Shown here: positions 61,029-64,000 of the stretch, piece after piece
Position numbering within the stretch: the first letter of the stretch is position 1
How the letters are laid out: the number at the start of each line of letters is the position of its first letter
Source: Methylobacter sp.
GTDB taxonomy: Bacteria; Pseudomonadota; Gammaproteobacteria; Methylococcales; Methylomonadaceae
Length of the DNA: 64,000 nt
Assembly (NCBI GenBank): GCA_036560465.1
Contig: DATBRD010000054.1
Coordinates: forward strand, 3,261-67,260
Reading direction: 5' to 3'
Program-made: the position numbers and the translations under genes
The notes under the pieces: model-generated
Databases searched by the model: none
Told to the model about the DNA's origin: nothing
What the model saw: only the letters and a program-made list of their open reading frames with translations

Positions 61029-62980
61029 TTTTTATTGAGCTCGTTACGGTAGCGAGCCAAAGCCCATAGTGGGAAGAACTTGTCGTAGCCGTGATATTTG
61101 AGGTAAAAAACTTTCGGAAAACCGGGCGCGGTAAAGCATTCGTCATTCCATACACCGTCAGCTTTCTGGTTGCGCAAGATGAAATCAATGCCTGCTTTTA
61201 CTTCCGGGCTGTGGGCTTCGCCCGCAGCCATCAACGCCAAAACAGCCCAAGCCGTTTGGAATGCAGTGCTGAAACGATATTTACCGCTATGGCTTAAATC
61301 ATGATAGCTGTAATTGTCCTCGCCCCAGCCGCCATCAGTGCGTTGTACGCTTTTTAGCCATTTTGCGGCTTTGGTGTAGAGTGGGTCGCTTTTAGGCAGG
61401 CTAGTTTGCTCCAGTCCAAGCAATACCGACCACGTGCCGTAGATGTAGTTAGTACCCCAGCGGCCAAACCATGAGCCGTCTTGCTCCTGTTCGCTACGGA
61501 GGTAGTCGATAGTGCGCTCCAGAGCAGGTAAATATTCGTCGTGATCCTTGGCGACTCTAGCCATCAGCATCGCGCAACGTGCGCTAACGTCGGATGTAGG
61601 AGGGTCTAGCAGTGCTCCGTGATCGGCGAATGGAATTTCATTCAAATAATAGTGAGTGTTATCAACGTCAAACGCACCGTAGCCGCCGTTCTTAGATTGC
61701 ATGCCGACTATCCAGCGGGTCGCGCGATGGATCGGTTCATCCAGAAAGGGCAAGTTCGACTCTGCCATCGCAAAGGCAACAACTGCAGTATCGTCGACAT
61801 CGGGATAATGCGGGTTTTCGAATTGAAATGCCCAGCCGCCGCCTGCTAAATCAGGCTTGGAAATTCGCCAGTCGCCAGGTTCGTCGGATAACTGTTTGCT
61901 CTTAAGCCAATCGTAGGCGCGAGTCAGGCTTTGGCTGTTACCGGTCTTGTTGGCTTCCTGTAAAGCCAGTGCGGTAAGCGCAGTATCCCAAACCGGAGAC
62001 AAACAGGGCTGGCAGTAAGCATCATGCTCATTGATGACCAGTAATTTATCGATGGCTTTACGTGCAGTAACCACATGCTCATGATCTTTGGGCATGCCCA
62101 GCAGCAGCATGGCTTCATAAGCGTTGACCATCGCCGGAAAAATCCCGCCCAGGCCGTCTTCGCCGTTCAGGCGTTCAATAAACCAGTTTTTGGCTTTTTC
62201 AATCGCCAATTCATGGGCTTTTTTCGGGATTAATGGGCGGGTTACCCGGCCCAATTTATCCAGACCCAGAAAGATTTTGTTCAGAGTTGTTCTTTCTGGG
62301 AAATAGTGCTTTTCCTTGTCAGGATGAGTGATGAAAAGCTCCAGTATATTGACCTTGTTTGGGTTCTTTGCCGTTGCTTTTAAAGTGCAGAGAATAAATA
62401 ACGGCACCATAACGGTTCTGGACCAGTACGATACTTTATCTAAATGGAATGGAAACCAGCTGGGAAACAGCATGATCTCGACAGGAATATACGGAACGCC
62501 GCGCCAGGGCAATTGCTCAAAGGTTGCCAGTGCAATACGGGTAAATACGTTGGCTTTAGCTGCGCCGCCTTGACTGAGGATGTAATTTCTTAACAGAACC
62601 ATATGCGGCGCGTCGATAGAATCGCCGGCCATCTTTAACGCGTAATAGACTTTAACGCTGCAACTGATGTCGCCGGGTCCGCCGGTAAATAGCGGATAGC
62701 TGCCGTCTTTGGATTGACGCGGTCTTAAGTAGTTGGCAATTTTAGCTTGTAGCGATTCATCAATTTCACCCAAGTAGTGCATCATCATGATGTACTCAGA
62801 TGGAATCGTACAGTCGGCTTCCAGTTCGAATACCCAATAGCCGTCTTTATCTTGCAGGCTTAATAATTTGTCCTGCGCTTTGTTAATGGCTCGGTTAAGG
62901 TCAAATGCAGGGTTATTAACAGTTTTCGATGAACTCGAAATGGTGCTGGTAGTGTCTTCTGAAATGGTTTCATTAAACAT
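61025..62980 (-). CDS. shc: Squalene-hopene cyclase
   Basis: YPDVDDTAVV (DxDD), QW-type repeats (QEQDGSWFGRWG) and TAPGFPKVFYLKYHGY. Confidence 0.97.
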   Translation of the reverse strand: MFNETISEDTTSTISSSSKTVNNPAFDLNRAINKAQDKLLSLQDKDGYWVFELEADCTIPSEYIMMMHYLGEIDESLQAKIANYLRPRQSKDGSYPLFTGGPGDISCSVKVYYALKMAGDSIDAPHMVLLRNYILSQGGAAKANVFTRIALATFEQLPWRGVPYIPVEIMLFPSWFPFHLDKVSYWSRTVMVPLFILCTLKATAKNPNKVNILELFITHPDKEKHYFPERTTLNKIFLGLDKLGRVTRPLIPKKAHELAIEKAKNWFIERLNGEDGLGGIFPAMVNAYEAMLLLGMPKDHEHVVTARKAIDKLLVINEHDAYCQPCLSPVWDTALTALALQEANKTGNSQSLTRAYDWLKSKQLSDEPGDWRISKPDLAGGGWAFQFENPHYPDVDDTAVVAFAMAESNLPFLDEPIHRATRWIVGMQSKNGGYGAFDVDNTHYYLNEIPFADHGALLDPPTSDVSARCAMLMARVAKDHDEYLPALERTIDYLRSEQEQDGSWFGRWGTNYIYGTWSVLLGLEQTSLPKSDPLYTKAAKWLKSVQRTDGGWGEDNYSYHDLSHSGKYRFSTAFQTAWAVLALMAAGEAHSPEVKAGIDFILRNQKADGVWNDECFTAPGFPKVFYLKYHGYDKFFPLWALARYRNELNKK

Positions 62981-62991
62981 AAGTTACGTCC

Positions 62992-64000
62992 TTAAAGTTT
63001 TGCCGTGGCTTTTGAGGATGGTGTTGAATACGTCCAGTCGGGCGTTTTGAGTTCATTACTTATTAAATTGAAAAGTAAGCTAAGCATGGTGTTGCTGCGT
63101 CCGGTTAATCGGGTTGCGAGAATTGTCGCTTTAACACTGTTGCGAGTGATTTTGACTTGGTTGGAATTGTTGAAATCCAGATTTTGCTTAATTTTCTTTA
63201 AAGTCAAAACGGCCATGCCTAATGCCCAAAGGCAGAAGTTGCGGATACCTGTCTCATGAGAGGGAAGCAGTTGCGTGTATCTCAGTGCATTACTTAAATG
63301 ACCATGAGCAATGCTGATCAAGTGCTCCAGACCCTTCCTGAAGTTTTCGTCATTAGTTTCCGGAGTCAGGTTTTTAAGGTCAAACCCTGTTTCCGTAAAT
63401 ATATCCTGTGGTAGCCAGCATACGCCACGTCCGGCATCGTCCCAGATGTCTTTCAATATATTGGTCATTTGCAGGCCTTGGCCGAAAGATACTGAGAGAG
63501 TAAGCAGTTCGTCTTTGTGTTTTGCGATTTCCGGCGAGTAATGGCAAAAAAGCTTGGCTAGCATTTCCCCGACGCATCCTGCAACGTAGTAGCAGTATTT
63601 GTCCATATCGGCCATAGTTGCAAGGCCGTCGTGCAGATCCAGTTCCTGGAAAATCGGCATGCCTTCGGCCATGGTTTCCACGCAGGTAGCCAATGCCTCG
63701 ATCTGGTCGGGATCAAATTTGTGGGTGATTTCAATAACTCTCGGCAGCACGTGAATCAAGGTGTGCTCGGCGGGAATGGTTTGATCGGAAAGTAACGGGG
63801 CAAGATCTACAGCAAACGGCTCTGAATTGTTGCCGGTTTTTACAACATTAATAAATTCGGAACAAAAATATTTTTTCTGTCCTGGAGATAAAGAAACTTC
63901 ATCTTCTATGGTGTCGACTATGCGGCACAGTAAATACGCGTTGGCTACTGCGCCGTATAACTTTTCCGGCAGTTGGGGAATAGTCAGCGCAAATGTTCTG
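62992..64000 (-). CDS. sqs: Squalene synthase (head-to-head prenyl diphosphate synthase), 5' end outside window
   Basis: The frame is open to the window edge (RTFALTIPQLP...CRIVDTIED). It also contains YCYYVAGCVG and LQMTNILKD motifs. Confidence 0.9.
   Translation of the reverse strand, partial: RTFALTIPQLPEKLYGAVANAYLLCRIVDTIEDEVSLSPGQKKYFCSEFINVVKTGNNSEPFAVDLAPLLSDQTIPAEHTLIHVLPRVIEITHKFDPDQIEALATCVETMAEGMPIFQELDLHDGLATMADMDKYCYYVAGCVGEMLAKLFCHYSPEIAKHKDELLTLSVSFGQGLQMTNILKDIWDDAGRGVCWLPQDIFTETGFDLKNLTPETNDENFRKGLEHLISIAHGHLSNALRYTQLLPSHETGIRNFCLWALGMAVLTLKKIKQNLDFNNSNQVKITRNSVKATILATRLTGRSNTMLSLLFNLISNELKTPDWTYSTPSSKATAKL

Overview
A ~64 kb chromosomal window with no rRNA, tRNA, CRISPR array or intact transposase. 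The gene content (squalene synthase plus squalene-hopene cyclase, hpnO, copC/copD-like genes, long-form pterin dehydratase) points to a gammaproteobacterial methanotroph (Methylococcaceae-like); this taxon call is an inference. From left to right: (1) the 3' part of a Wzx/Wzy exopolysaccharide locus (wza, wzc, polymerase, flippase, methyltransferase, four glycosyltransferases, galE), whose spacers hold nested repeats; (2) an accessory stretch of small or orphan genes; (3) mfd-csiV; (4) a bipartite PAS + MCP taxis pair; (5) miaB-phoH-ybeY-corC; (6) pgaBCD without pgaA, followed by a decayed gene with an internal duplication; (7) housekeeping genes (slt, fabA-fabB, ttcA, prfB with its +1 frameshift, lysS, gloB); (8) a minus-strand hopanoid run (sqs-shc-hpnG-hpnN-hpnO) leading into a tightly coupled copC-copD-dxs unit. 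The most unusual observations are a two-copy 155-162 bp MITE with 4-bp target duplications that inserts into REP palindromes and brackets a glycosyltransferase module, the copC-copD-dxs coupling, a pair of tandem paralogous microproteins, and a prfB-like CTT-TAA junction that could fuse the PAS and MCP genes. Family assignments rest on motif recognition only; no database search was run.
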